Shown: positions 1 to 11,127 of the stretch, one piece after another
How the letters are laid out: every line of letters begins with the position of its first letter
Numbering within the stretch: position 1 is the first letter of the stretch
Notes under the pieces: generated by a model
Database searches by the model: none
What the model was told of the DNA's origin: nothing
Seen by the model: only the letters and a program-made list of their open reading frames with translations
NCBI RefSeq assembly: GCF_006345805.1
Contig: NC_043023.1
Location: 868,001-932,000 of the forward strand
Direction of reading: 5' to 3'
DNA from: Octopus sinensis
Taxonomy: Eukaryota
DNA: 64,000 nt
Made by a program: the position numbers and the translations under genes

Positions 1-945
1 CTACAACCACTACTACTGCTGCTGCTGCTGCTACTACTACTACTTACTATTAACACTCCTACTACAACCACTACCACTGTTGCTACTGTTGCAACTACTA
101 CTTCTATTACAACCACTACTGCTATTGCTATTGCTACTACTACTATCCCTACTACAACAACTACCACTACTGCTGCTGTTGCTGCTGCAACTACTACTAC
201 AACCACTATTACTATTACTACTACTAACACCCCTGCAACAACAACAACTACTACTACTACATCAAAACTACCAATGGCACTGTAATAGCCATTATGTGCT
301 AAGAACACCATCACCAAACTTCACCATTATTCTTTAGAAGCACCACCAATGCTGTCACCTCTCCTATCATCTGTAACCCTTATCAGTATGGTAGCAACCA
401 CTGATGGTACCATCCAAACCGCCACCACCACCACCACCACCTTCAACTACAACACTGACACAACCAACTCCACCAACACCTCTGACACAGCAATAATCAT
501 TATTCTCTAGCAACTGCACCGTGTCACCACCGTCACCGCTGCAACCACGACCACCACCACCAATATCATTACGATCCCCACTACCATCATCATCATTACA
601 ACCATCACAACCAACACCATCACCATCATTATCACCACCATCACCACTACCATCACCACCATCAATATCATTATCACCACCACCATCATCATCACTACCA
701 CCATCATTATCACCACCATCATCACCACCATCATCATTACCACCTACACTGCCACTACCACCACCATCCCCATTGTCATAATTACAACCACTACCACTGT
801 CAATATCACCATCACCTCCATCATCATAATCATTACCATTTACATTGCCACCCCATCACCATCATAATTACCACTCCTACCACTACCATCATCACAACCA
901 TTCCCATTATGATCACCACAACCACCACCACCACCAAAACCATCA
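1..945. repeat. Compound trinucleotide microsatellite (CTA/ACC/CAT)
   Basis: Runs of ctacta, caccac and catcat; explains the poly-L/T/V ORFs in the track. Confidence 0.95.
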
Positions 946-1245
946 TCACATCCTTAGTCATGTTGTGAATAGACAAGCATTTCAGTCAGTTCAAATATGT
1001 TTAGAATATGTTTAACCAGCACATTTCAGGATTATCTCCCTTGTTGTAAATTCTGCTGATGATTCTCACAAAGTAAGAAATGCATTCACTGCTCTGCCAA
1101 CTGAAAATGCCTTGAAACAACTGTTGTTTTTCAACAATTATTGCTTAAAGGGAGAAAGGTTCTCCATTGCTGTAAATACAGACTTTGCACTCATCAAATA
1201 TGTCCCAAATATATTTGAATTGATCTCAATGCTTATATATATATA

Positions 1246-1453
1246 TACTCTTTTACTTGTTTCAGTCATTTGACTGCAGCTATGCTGGAGCATCACCTTT
1301 AGTTGAGCAACTCGGCCCCAGGACTTATTCTTTGTAACCTAGTACTTATTCTATCTGTCTCTTTTGCCGAACCGCTAAGTTACGGGGACGTAAACACACC
1401 AGCATTAGTTGTCAAGCGATGTTGGGGGGACAAACACAGACATACAAACATAT

Positions 1454-1503
<50 letters not shown>

Positions 1504-1662
1504 GGCTTCTTTCAGTTTCTGTCTACCAAATCCACTTACAAGGCTTTGTTTGGCCTGAGGCTATAGTAGAAGACACTTGCCCAAGGTGCCATGCAGTGGG
1601 ACTGAACCCAGAACCATGTGGTTGGTAAGCAAGCTACTTACCACACAGCCACTCCTTCGCCT
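1246..1662 (-). mobile_element. tRNA-derived SINE family A (~400-450 bp, internal CA/TA microsatellite, (AAAGAGT)n-like tail)
   Basis: On the minus strand: head GGAGTGGCTGTGTGGTAAG with B-box GGTTCAGTCCC, then CCTTGGGCAAGTG, an internal microsatellite, and a body ending ...CAAATGACTGAAACAAGTAAAAGAGT. Dozens of homologous segments occur in the window. Confidence 0.9.
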
Positions 1663-1677
1663 ATATATATATATCAT

Positions 1678-2080
1678 CTTTTACTTGTTTCAGTCTGTGA
1701 CCATGCTGGAGCACCAACTTGAGGAATTTTTAGCCAAATGAATCAATCCCAGGATTTGTTACTTTTTTAAGCCTGGTACTTATTCTTTTGGTCTATTTTG
1801 CCAAAGTGGTAAGGTATGGTGATGTAAACACACCAGCACCGGCTGTCAAGCAGTGGTGGGGGACTAATACAAACACAAAGACAAGTACACGCATACACAT
1901 ACACACAAAAATATATTATGCAATGGGCTTCTTTCAGTTTCCAGCTACCAAATCCACCCACAAAGCTTTGGCTAGCCTGAGATTATTGTTGAAGCTGCTT
2001 GTCAAAGGTACCATGCAGTGGGACTGATCCCGAAACCATTTGGTTACAAAGCAAACTTCTTACCACACAGCTATGCTTGC
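1678..2080 (-). mobile_element. SINE family A, older diverged copy
   Basis: Same body-microsatellite-head layout as 1246-1662, with more substitutions. Confidence 0.85.
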
Positions 2081-2125
2081 ATCTATATATATATATATAT
2101 ATATACATATACATACATGCATACA

Positions 2126-2330
2126 TCTATATATATAAAGATGAGAATGTGTGTCTGTCTGTCCGTCTGTGTGAATCCCTAAAACTCAAAAACTACACAA
2201 CTAATTTCATTCAAATTTTAGATGTACACTATATACGGTCCATGGAGTATCATGGGCCAAAAAAAGTTTTTAGCTTCTTGCCTAATGCAGCCTGGGGCAA
2301 TTTTTTACACTGGTTCGCTATTATGTGTCA
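2126..2330 (+). mobile_element. Non-autonomous Helitron 5' portion
   Basis: A|TCTATATATATAAAGATGAGAATGTGTGTCTGTCTGTCCG start, typical of non-autonomous Helitron 5' ends; no 3' hairpin or CTAG found. Confidence 0.55.
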
Positions 2331-2914
2331 AAAGTGAGGTCGATTGGAGCCTGGTGCAGCCTCCTGACTTGTCAGTCCTTAGTCAAACCATCCAACCCAT
2401 GCCAGTATGGAAATCAGATGTTAAATGATGATGATGATGGATGTATGTATGTATAAATACACACATACCATAAATGAAAAATTTTATCATCACTAATTGT
2501 GACTGAAGGTGTCGAAAAAAATATAAGTTAAGATCTTATTTCCCTTTTGTTACCATTTTTTAAGCTGCTAAGCTCTTGTTTGGAACATAGATTAACATAA
2601 AATTTTGTTAGAAAATTTTAATCATCTTAACCCTTTTGTTATCAAAATTCTGTTGAACTTCACTACCGTTTAAGGCAGTGCTCCAGCATGGCTGCAGTCA
2701 AATGACTGAAACATCTAAAAGAATATTAACGTAAGATATGATTGTAAATTATGCATTTTAATGTTTGAAGCAAAGTTTTTACCATTTCCTGTAATAAGAA
2801 TTGGAATATTTATATTTGACTTGGCAGCTTTATAGTTCTGGTTAATGCTGTATTTCCACTGAAATACCCTACCCTTTTTTTTTTTTTTTGGTTAATTTGA
2901 AAAATAGCAAAATA

Positions 2915-3288
2915 CTAGCAGTATCACCCGGCGTTGCTTGGGTTTGTTTCAACCCTTTAGAATTGGAATTTTTGAAAAGTAAAACTTTTGCATTACGTAG
3001 CTTGTTATTCTCATTAAGTGAACATTTTTCTGGTTGAAATACACCGAAAAATAGCGACACAGCAGTCAAAAAATCGTAAAAAATAGGGATTTTCATAGAA
3101 AAAGAGCACTTTTTTTATGTAAGTAATTTTTGGTGTTAACATGGTCTGATTTGAATTTTATATTCTACAGAATGAAGAGCAAGCCTTCTTCTATCATACT
3201 CTCAATTTTGGTCTCAGAGGAGATAGTGTTAGTTGAAGGCTACCAAACCTGCCACACACAGGCAACTTCAGCTTTATATATAGAGAGA
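2915..3288 (-). mobile_element. Complete non-autonomous Helitron (~374 bp)
   Basis: Minus strand starts A|TCTCTCTATATATAAAGC and ends with the GC hairpin CCCAAGCAACGCCGGG followed by TGATACTGCTAG|T; inserted at an AT dinucleotide with no TSD. Confidence 0.85.
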
Positions 3289-3548
3289 TTTAGTAAAGTA
3301 ACTTTGTTAAGCTGGTGTTTCAAGCATAAATTAACGAGAAATTAAGATGGGAGGTTTTAATGTAGGTCTCCTTCAAGCAGGAAGTTCGCATTATAGACCC
3401 AGGCAGATTGGTATCAAGAGCGTTAAAAATAAATTTCCGTTAGCAACACAAATTTAATTAAAGCAATAAATAAACAACTAAATAAAGTATCACATGTCTA
3501 ATTAATATACAAGTTTTCAGATCTCAAGTGTATTGTCACAGCTAAATA

Positions 3549-3766
3549 CAGGGGTGTGCTGAAAAATTCCTGGCTTTGAATAAAAGCAAATACTGGAGGG
3601 CCCATTGATTATGATTTTATTCCGCATATTCCTTTATCAGGTTCACGCACTTATTGCAGTGGACCATCGGTTTTTCTAAGCCCCTGCAAAAGAACTCAAA
3701 AGGTCAGACCTCCAACCAGACCTTTCATGATACTCTTAAAACAAGGAACTTTTCAGCACCTCCTCG
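3549..3766. mobile_element. Mariner-type MITE (~220 bp)
   Basis: Imperfect TIRs CAGGGGTGTGCTGAAAAATTCCTGGCTTT and AAAACAAGGAACTTTTCAGCACCTCCTCG; TA on the left and TGTA on the right. Confidence 0.75.
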
Positions 3767-3799
3767 TGTACATATATATATATATATATATATAATCAT

Positions 3800-4423
3800 C
3801 ATCATCATCATCATCGTTTAACATCCGCTTTCCATGCTAGCATGGGTTGGACGGTTCTACTGGGGTCTGTGAAGCCAAAAGGCTGCACCAGGCCCAGTCA
3901 AATCTGGCAGTGTTTCTACGGCTAGATGCCCTTCCTAACGCCAACCACTCCGTGAGTGTAGTGGGTGCTTTTTACGTGCCACCCGCACAGGTGCCAGACA
4001 GAGCTGGCAAACGGCCACGAACGGATGGTGCTTTTTATGTGCCACCAGCACTAGGGCCAGGCGAGGCTGCCAATGGACACGAACGGATGGTGCTTTTTAC
4101 GTGCCATCGGCACGAGGCCAGTCGGGGCGGTGCTGGCAACGGTCGCGAAACGGAAGGTTCTCTTACATGCCACAGGCACTGGTAACACATCTGCAATTTC
4201 CATTGATCGATTTCGATTCTGATCCTCACTTGCCTCAGCAGGTCTTCACAAGTAGAGTTTTGTGTCCCAAGAAGGGAAGGTATGCATACGTAGGCTGGCT
4301 CCATCCCATGTAGAAGGCCACGGGTTATGGACTCACTTGTCCTGCCGGTCTTCTCGCACACAGCACACTTCCAGAGGTCTCGGTCTCTAGTCATTTCCTC
4401 AGTGAGACCTAAAGTTCGAAGGA
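3800..4423 (-). mobile_element. 5'-truncated RTE-clade LINE (ORF C-terminus, 3' UTR with ~60-bp tandem units, (ATG)n tail)
   Basis: Minus strand translates LRTLGLTEEMTRDRDLWKCAV, resembling the RTE C-terminal LGL...DR..W motif. It is followed by repeated GGCACGTAAAAAGCACC units and a tail ...GTTAAACGATGATGATG. Confidence 0.75.
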
Positions 4424-4436
4424 TATATATATATAT

Positions 4437-4954
4437 CATCATCATCATCATTGTTTAACGTCCACTTTCCATGCTAGCATGTGTTGGATGATTTGACTGA
4501 GGTCTGGCGAACCAGATGGCTGCCCCAGGCTCCAATCTGATCTGGCAGAGTTTCTACAGATGAATGCCCTTCCTAACACCAACCACTCTGAGAGTGTAGT
4601 GGGTGCTTTTATGTGCCACCGGCCCGAGGACCAGTCAGGCAGTACTGGCAAAAACATTCGAGTGAGGTCATTGCCAGTGCTGCTGGACTGACTCCTGTGC
4701 AGGTGGCACATAAAAAGCACCATTTGAGCGTGGTCGTTGCTAGTACTGCCTGATTGGCCCTCGTGCCGGTGGCACCTAAAAGCACCCACTCTCAGAGTGG
4801 TTGGCATTAGGAAGGGCATCCAGCTGTAGAAACTTGCCAGATCAGATTGGAGTCTAGTGCAGCCATCTGGTTCGCCAGACTTCAGTCAAATCATCCAACC
4901 CATGCCAGCATAGAAAGCGGACGTTAAACGATGATGGTAATGATGATGATGATG
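4437..4954. mobile_element. Head-to-head pair of RTE 3'-UTR copies forming a foldback
   Basis: 4453-4652 is the reverse complement of about 4737-4929; (CAT)n on the left and (ATG)n on the right. Confidence 0.85.
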
Positions 4955-5099
4955 AGTGGTAAGCAGTAATGTGTATGAATATAAACTTGTTACCAGTTCA
5001 GATATGCTTGGGGCATATTTGAACTTGTTGGAATGCCATTCACTGAATTTTGTCAGAGAAAATTTCTTGCCGTAGATAAATAGATGTAAACATACTGAA

Positions 5100-5620
5100 T
5101 GAGTTATTTTATCAGTCTCTTATGCTGAACCACAAAGTTATACACATCAGCACCAGTTGTCAAGCAGTGGTGGGGGACAAACACAGACATATTTACATAT
5201 ATATATATATATGTACATATACAATGGGCTTCTTTCAGTTTCCGTCTACCAAATCCACTAACAAGTCTTTGGCTGGCCTGAGTCTATAGTAGAAGACACT
5301 TGCCCAAGGTACCATGCAGTGGGACTGAACCTGGAACCATGTAGTTGGGAAGCAAGCTTTTTACCACACAGCCACACGTGCACCTATATTTACGTGTCTC
5401 TTTGTGTCTGTGTTTCACCCCAACCCCTACTGCTTGAAAACCAGTGTTGGAGTGTTTATGTCTTCATAACTTAGTGGTTCAGCAAAAGAGATTGATAGAA
5501 TAAATATCAAGCTTGAAAAAAGTACCAGGGTCTATTCATTTGACAAAAAATTCTTTAAGGCATTGCTCCAGCATGGCCACAGTCTAATGGCTAAAACAAG
5601 TTAAAGTAAAAGATAAAAGA
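5100..5620. mobile_element. Two partial SINE A copies in opposite orientations
   Basis: 5100-5380 minus strand (body and head); 5395-5620 plus strand (body and tail). Confidence 0.75.
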
Positions 5621-5749
5621 TATGCACATTCTATACATTGCTTACTTAAAATTAGGGGATGTCACTGCCATCACTTTCGATTTCTGGAGTAAATTACTTT
5701 CATTTTTTGGGGACAATTTACTTTCACTTTTTTTTATGACAGTAAATCT

Positions 5750-5990
5750 TGATAATCTTAGATATCTGCTGAGATTTTTACCTTGAGCTGTTGGATAGTT
5801 ATTGGATTATTAGCAGATAACCTCACTTCTAAATATCCTTAAATGAAGAAGCAAAAAATGCCTTGAGTTTGCAGTTCTGGGGGAGCAAAATAGCTGACCA
5901 ATTTATTAGAGAATTCTTGGGAATTATAAGGTTTCCAAGAATTTATCTGAACAATGCAGTTGTGAACCCTGCGGTAATCCTCTGTGGAAT
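5750..5990 (-). pseudogene. Highly degraded Tc1/mariner-superfamily transposase C-terminal remnant
   Basis: Manual translation gives LFR*ILGNLIIPKNSLINWS and, in another frame, FFI*GYLEVRLSANNPITIQQLKVKISADI. This resembles the ...IIS.NG.VNWP...DFFLWGYLK..VY.N.P.TI..LK..I..EI region of DD37D/DD41D-like transposases. Confidence 0.45.
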
Positions 5991-6051
5991 CCAGTAATGC
6001 TGTTATTGATCGTTATTGATCATCATCATCATTGTCACTGTTATTGTCATG

Positions 6052-6335
6052 TGGAGGCACATGGCCTAGTGGTTAGAGCAGCAGACTCACGGTTGAAGGT
6101 TTGCAGGTTCGAATCTCAGACTGGGCGATGAGTGTGTTTATGAGAGAAACACCTAAGCTCCACGCAGCTCTGGCAGAAGGTAATGGTGAACTTCTGCTGA
6201 CTCTTTCGCCACAACTTTCTCTCACTCTTTCCTCCTGCATTTTGCAGCTCACCTGTGACGGACTGACGTCCCGTCCAGGTGGGGAACCTATACACCAAGG
6301 AAACCGGGAAACTGGCCATGGCTCGAGAAAGAAGG
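6052..6335 (+). mobile_element. tRNA-derived SINE with a V-domain-like segment
   Basis: A-box TGGCCTAGTGGT, B-box GGTTCGAATCT, then CTGTGACGGACTGACGTCCCGTCCAGG, similar to the V-SINE central motif. Confidence 0.65.
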
Positions 6336-6788
6336 AACTGTTATTGTCTTCAACATTATCATCATTATCATCATCATAATCTTCTTCATTGTGATTTTAC
6401 TGCCCACTTTCCCATACAAGTAAGGGCCAGACAGAGTTTAATTGTGGCAGATATTCTATGGTCAGATGCTTTGTCTGTCACCAACCCTCGCATAATTCCA
6501 AGCAAGGTAGTATTTATTCCATGGCCAGACATGTTCTCTCAGAATTTTGGAAATAAATGCCGAGTGTACAGGCTGCTTTTTACATGGCACCAGTATGAGT
6601 TCCTGTTACGTGGCACTGACATGGGTGCTCTTTATGTGGCACTGGCACAGGTGCTCTTTCTACATGGTGCCAGCACAGATACTTCTCTTATGTCATGCTG
6701 GCATGGCTTCCTCCGTGGCACTGGTATGGATGTGTTTTGTGTGACACCAGCACAAGTGCGTTTTACACACACACAAACACATAATTTA

Positions 6789-7150
6789 TCTATATCTATA
6801 AAAGCAGAATGTGTTTGTGTGTGTGTACGTGAATGTACTTCATGCACGTCCACAAATTAGCACACATGTCGCTCCAATTTTAGGAAGACATTGGTCACGA
6901 CTATGGCTGTGCTTTTGTCAACTTATTTTTCCCGAGGCACCCCCGGATAGTGGTAAAAATAGCTTTTCAACCATAACTTTCACCAATTTTCACGAGTTAA
7001 CCAATAAACATGAGTTAAGTCCCCTGTCTTGTAGATTAGTTCACCCTACTGCAATGCCTCCAAAAAAAAATTAGATTTCGACTACCTAAGCAATCTCAGC
7101 ATAGGAAAAGAGAAAGAACTGAAGAGACAGACTATCAGTGGAGCCATTAG
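6789..7150 (+). mobile_element. Non-autonomous Helitron-like element, degenerate 3' end
   Basis: A|TCTATATCTATAAAAGCAGAATGTGTTTGTGTG start; the 3' boundary is uncertain. Confidence 0.45.
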
Positions 7151-7469
7151 TAAAATATTATAACTTTTTGGGCCAAAACCTGGAAATAAGAGCTTGAGGA
7201 TATTCTGCTACAAAACATTCAATAATATCGAAACAGTACCTTTCATAAATCAGGGTACAATTTTTGAAGACTTTTTCTGAACCCAATCAATGACGGGTAT
7301 TTCTGATAGTTATTGATAATCAGCAGAATTAACAGAGTGACTCAAGGGTCAAAAGTTTCATTCATCACTAGAAGACACTTGCGCAAGGTGTCATACAACG
7401 GGACTGAACCCAGGAGAAAACTTCTTACCACACTGCCATGCCAGCACCTTGGCAGACTTGTTAGCACAC

Positions 7470-7650
7470 CAGTCAAATGCTTAGCGGCATCTCGTCTATT
7501 TTTATGTTCTGAGTTCAAATTCCACCAAGGTCATCTCTGCCTTTTATCCTTTTGGAGAAGATAAATTAAGTACCAGTTGAATACTGGGGTTGAACTAATC
7601 AACTTAACCCCTCCCCCAAAATTTCAAACCTTGTGCCTATAGTAGAAAGG
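7470..7650 (+). mobile_element. MetaSINE-type SINE (family B)
   Basis: TTCTGAGTTCAAATTCC B-box followed by TGCCTTTTATCCTTTTGGAGAAGATAAATTAAGTACC, resembling the Meta domain. Confidence 0.7.
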
Positions 7651-7680
7651 ATACACACACACACACACACATACACACAA

Positions 7681-7721
<41 letters not shown>

Positions 7722-7964
7722 ACACCTCACACACACTCACACACACACACACACCTCACACAAACCACACACACACTCACACACCAACACACACACACAC
7801 ACACACATGCACTTCCACACACGCACACTCACTATGGGTTTCTTTAATTTCTGTCTACCAATCCATTCACAAGGTACCTGCGTGTGATTGAACTCAAAAC
7901 CACATAGTTAGGAAGCAAACTTCTTAACCACACACCCATGTCTGTCACCTAATTTTGTTTACTC

Positions 7965-8362
7965 TTTACTCTTTTACTTGTTTCAGTCATTTGACTGCGG
8001 CCATGCTGAGCGCACTGCCTTAGTCGAGCAACTCGACCCCGGGACTTATTCTTTGTAAGCCCAGTACTTATTCTATTGGTCGCTTTTGCTGAACCGCTAA
8101 GTGACGGGGACGTAAACACACCAGCATTGGTCGTCAAGCAATGCTAGGGGGACAAACACAGACACACACACACACATATATATATATATACATATATACG
8201 ACAGGCTTCTTTCAGTTTCTGTCTACCAAATCCACTCACAAGGCTTTGGTCGGCCCGAGGCTATAGCAGAAGACACTTGCCCAAGATGCCACGCAGTGGG
8301 ACTGAACCCGGAACCATGTGGTTGGTTAGCAAGCTACTTAGCACACAGCCATTCCTGCGCCT
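7965..8362 (-). mobile_element. SINE family A, young subfamily copy
   Basis: Near-consensus, CpG-rich copy with AAGTGACGGGG and CAATGCTAG variants. Confidence 0.9.
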
Positions 8363-8664
8363 ATGTTTGCTTGCTTTTTTTGCTTTTTTTTTCTTCTGTT
8401 TTTTTTTTTCTCCTTTTTTTTCCCCCTCATGCATTTTACCATTATGAGGTTCTGAAGGGGAAAAAATATAATTATAATTAAGATTATTTTTTATTTGTAT
8501 TTTTTCCCAATTTATGAACTTTGAAATTGAGAAAAGGAAAGGAAAGGAATAACAACACAAACTGTAGAGGATATGCAAAAAATGTCAATATTTTAAATTC
8601 TTGTGTGAGTTATGGGCCATTCTGTGAAGTGTAGTCCTAGATACACTGTGACTGCAAAAAGGAA

Positions 8665-8674
8665 AATAATAATG

Positions 8675-8708
<34 letters not shown>

Positions 8709-10713
8709 TAATAATGATACTATTAATAATAATAATAATAATAGTAGTAGTAGTAGTACTAGTAGTAGTACTAGTAGTAGTAATGATAATAATTTTAAAT
8801 GGAGGCCAGAATGATCAAGGACAGACCTAAGGACAGACAACAGCAAGAAGAGGAAGAATAATGACCAAAAAAAAATAATGAAATTGATACATGAAATAAT
8901 AAGAGCAGAAACAACAACAGCAACAACAACAAAAATGGTAAAGACAAGAAGAAGACTCAAAGCTTCAATAGCAAAAATCAAGGAGGGAGAGGAGGGGGAA
9001 GGGGGAGGGGGGGGAGAGGAACCAGAGTCACAATAGGAATAAGAGGAAGAGAGAAGGAGGAAGAAGTGGAAGAAGAAGAAGAGAAAGAAGAACAAGGAGA
9101 AGAAAAAGAAGAATGAAAACAGCAACTTCCATAGCAAAGACAAGAGGAAAAAGAAAAGGAAGAAAATGAAGGAATGAAAACTGAAGATGATGATGATGAT
9201 GATGATGATGATGAAGGAATGAAATGAAGGATGATGAGGAATGAAAGCTGATGATGATGATGATGAACCAAAACAACAACACCAAAGACAGCAAAAACAA
9301 TAGGAAAGACAAGAAGAAGAAAAAGAAGGAAGAGAAGAACAAGGAGAAGGAAAAGAAAGAAGTGAAAGAGAACAAGGAGAAGGAAAAGAAGGAAGAGAAG
9401 GAGAACAAGGAGAAGGAAAAGAAAGAAGTGAAAGAGAACAAGGAGAAGGAAAAGAAGGAAGAGAAGGAGAACAAGAGAAGGAAAAGAAGAAGTGAAGGAG
9501 AACAAGGAGAAGGAAAAGAAGGAAGAGAAGGAGAACAAGGAGAAGGAAAAGAAAGAAGTGAAGGAGAACAAGGAGAAGAAAAGAAAGAAGAAGTGAAGGA
9601 GAACAAGGAGAAGGAAAAGAAGGAAGAGAAGGAGAACAAGGAGAAGAAAAAGAAGAAGAAAAAGAAGGAGTGAAAGAGAACAAGGAGAAGGAAAAGAAAA
9701 GAAGAAGTGAAGGAGAGCAAGAGAAGAAAAAGAAATGGAAGAAACGAAGGAATGAAAGATGATGATGATGATGTGGATGAATGAAAACACAACACCAAAA
9801 ACAGCAAAAATAATAGAAAGAAAAGAAGAAGAAAAAGAAGGAAGTGAAAGAGAACAAGGAGAAGAAAAAGAAGAATGAAAACAGCAACATTAATAGCAAA
9901 GAGAAGAAGTAAAAGAAAAGAAAGAAAACGAAGGAATGAAAGATGATGATGATGATGTGGATGAATGAAAACAACAACACCAAAGACAGCAAAAATAATA
10001 GGAAAGAAAAGAAGAAGAAAAAGAAGGAAGTGAAAGAGAACAAGGAGAAGAAAAAGAAGAATGAAAACAGCAACATTAATAGCAAAGAGAAGAAGTAAAA
10101 GAAAAGAAAGAAAACGAAGGAATGAAAGATGATGATGATGATGTGGATGAATGAAAACAACAACACCAAAGACAGCAAAAATAATAGGAAGAAAAGAAGA
10201 AGAAAAAGAAGGAAGTGAAAGAGAACAAGGAGAAGAAAAAGAAGAATGAATGAAAACAGCAACATAATAGCAAAGAGAAGAAGTAAAAGAAAAGAAAGAA
10301 AACGAAGGAATGAAAGATGATGATGATGATGATGTGGATGAATGAAAACAACAACACCAAAGACAGCAAAAATAATAGGAAAGAAAAGAAGAAGAAAAAG
10401 AAGGAAGTGAAAGAGAACAAGGAGAAGAAAAAGAAGAATGAAAACAGCAACATTAATAGCAAAGAGAAGAAGTAAAAGAAAAGAAAGAAAACGAAGGAAT
10501 GAAAGATGATGATGATGATGTGGATGAATGAAAACAACAACACCAAAGACAGCAAAAATAATAGGAAAGAAAAGAAGAAGAAAAAGAAGGAGGAGAAGAA
10601 GAAGAAGAAAAAGAGTAACCAAGAGGTTACTATGGCCAATAGAGCAAAACATTAAACAACATGTGGAACAATGGAGACACAACAACAACAACAACAATAG
10701 CTACAACAACGAC

Positions 10714-10759
<46 letters not shown>

Positions 10760-10800
10760 GAAACAATAATAATAACAAACAAAACAAGAAACAGTAATAG
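8665..10800. repeat. Purine-rich low-complexity tract with ~30-33-bp units (about 9330-9720) and ~186-192-bp units (about 9730-10590)
   Basis: GAAGTGAAAGAGAACAAGG recurs at 9841, 10027, 10212 and 10404; flanked by (AAT)n and (AAC)n. Confidence 0.9.
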
Positions 10801-11067
10801 AGAAAAAAGAGCCACCCCCCTCCTTTGCACGCCCCCCCCTGCTCTCCTCTGCATATGCAAAAAATAGAAATGAAATTTAAAAAATGGTAAAGAAAGAAAT
10901 TCCAAGCCATTAGCAAACGGATAAGATGACAAGGAAAAACAAGAAGAACAACAGCAAGAAGCAGAAGAAGAACAACAGTTATGACTACGACACACGACTG
11001 GGAACAATACAACATCACAATGGACAACAATTCACTTCTGGAGATAAGATGATGATAGGGAGCAATG

Positions 11068-11127
<60 letters not shown>

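Noticed and set aside
8637-10697. 686-aa minus-strand ORF and overlapping long ORFs
   Set aside because: Poly-L/F/S translation of a pyrimidine-rich tandem repeat that rarely forms stop codons; no domain content.
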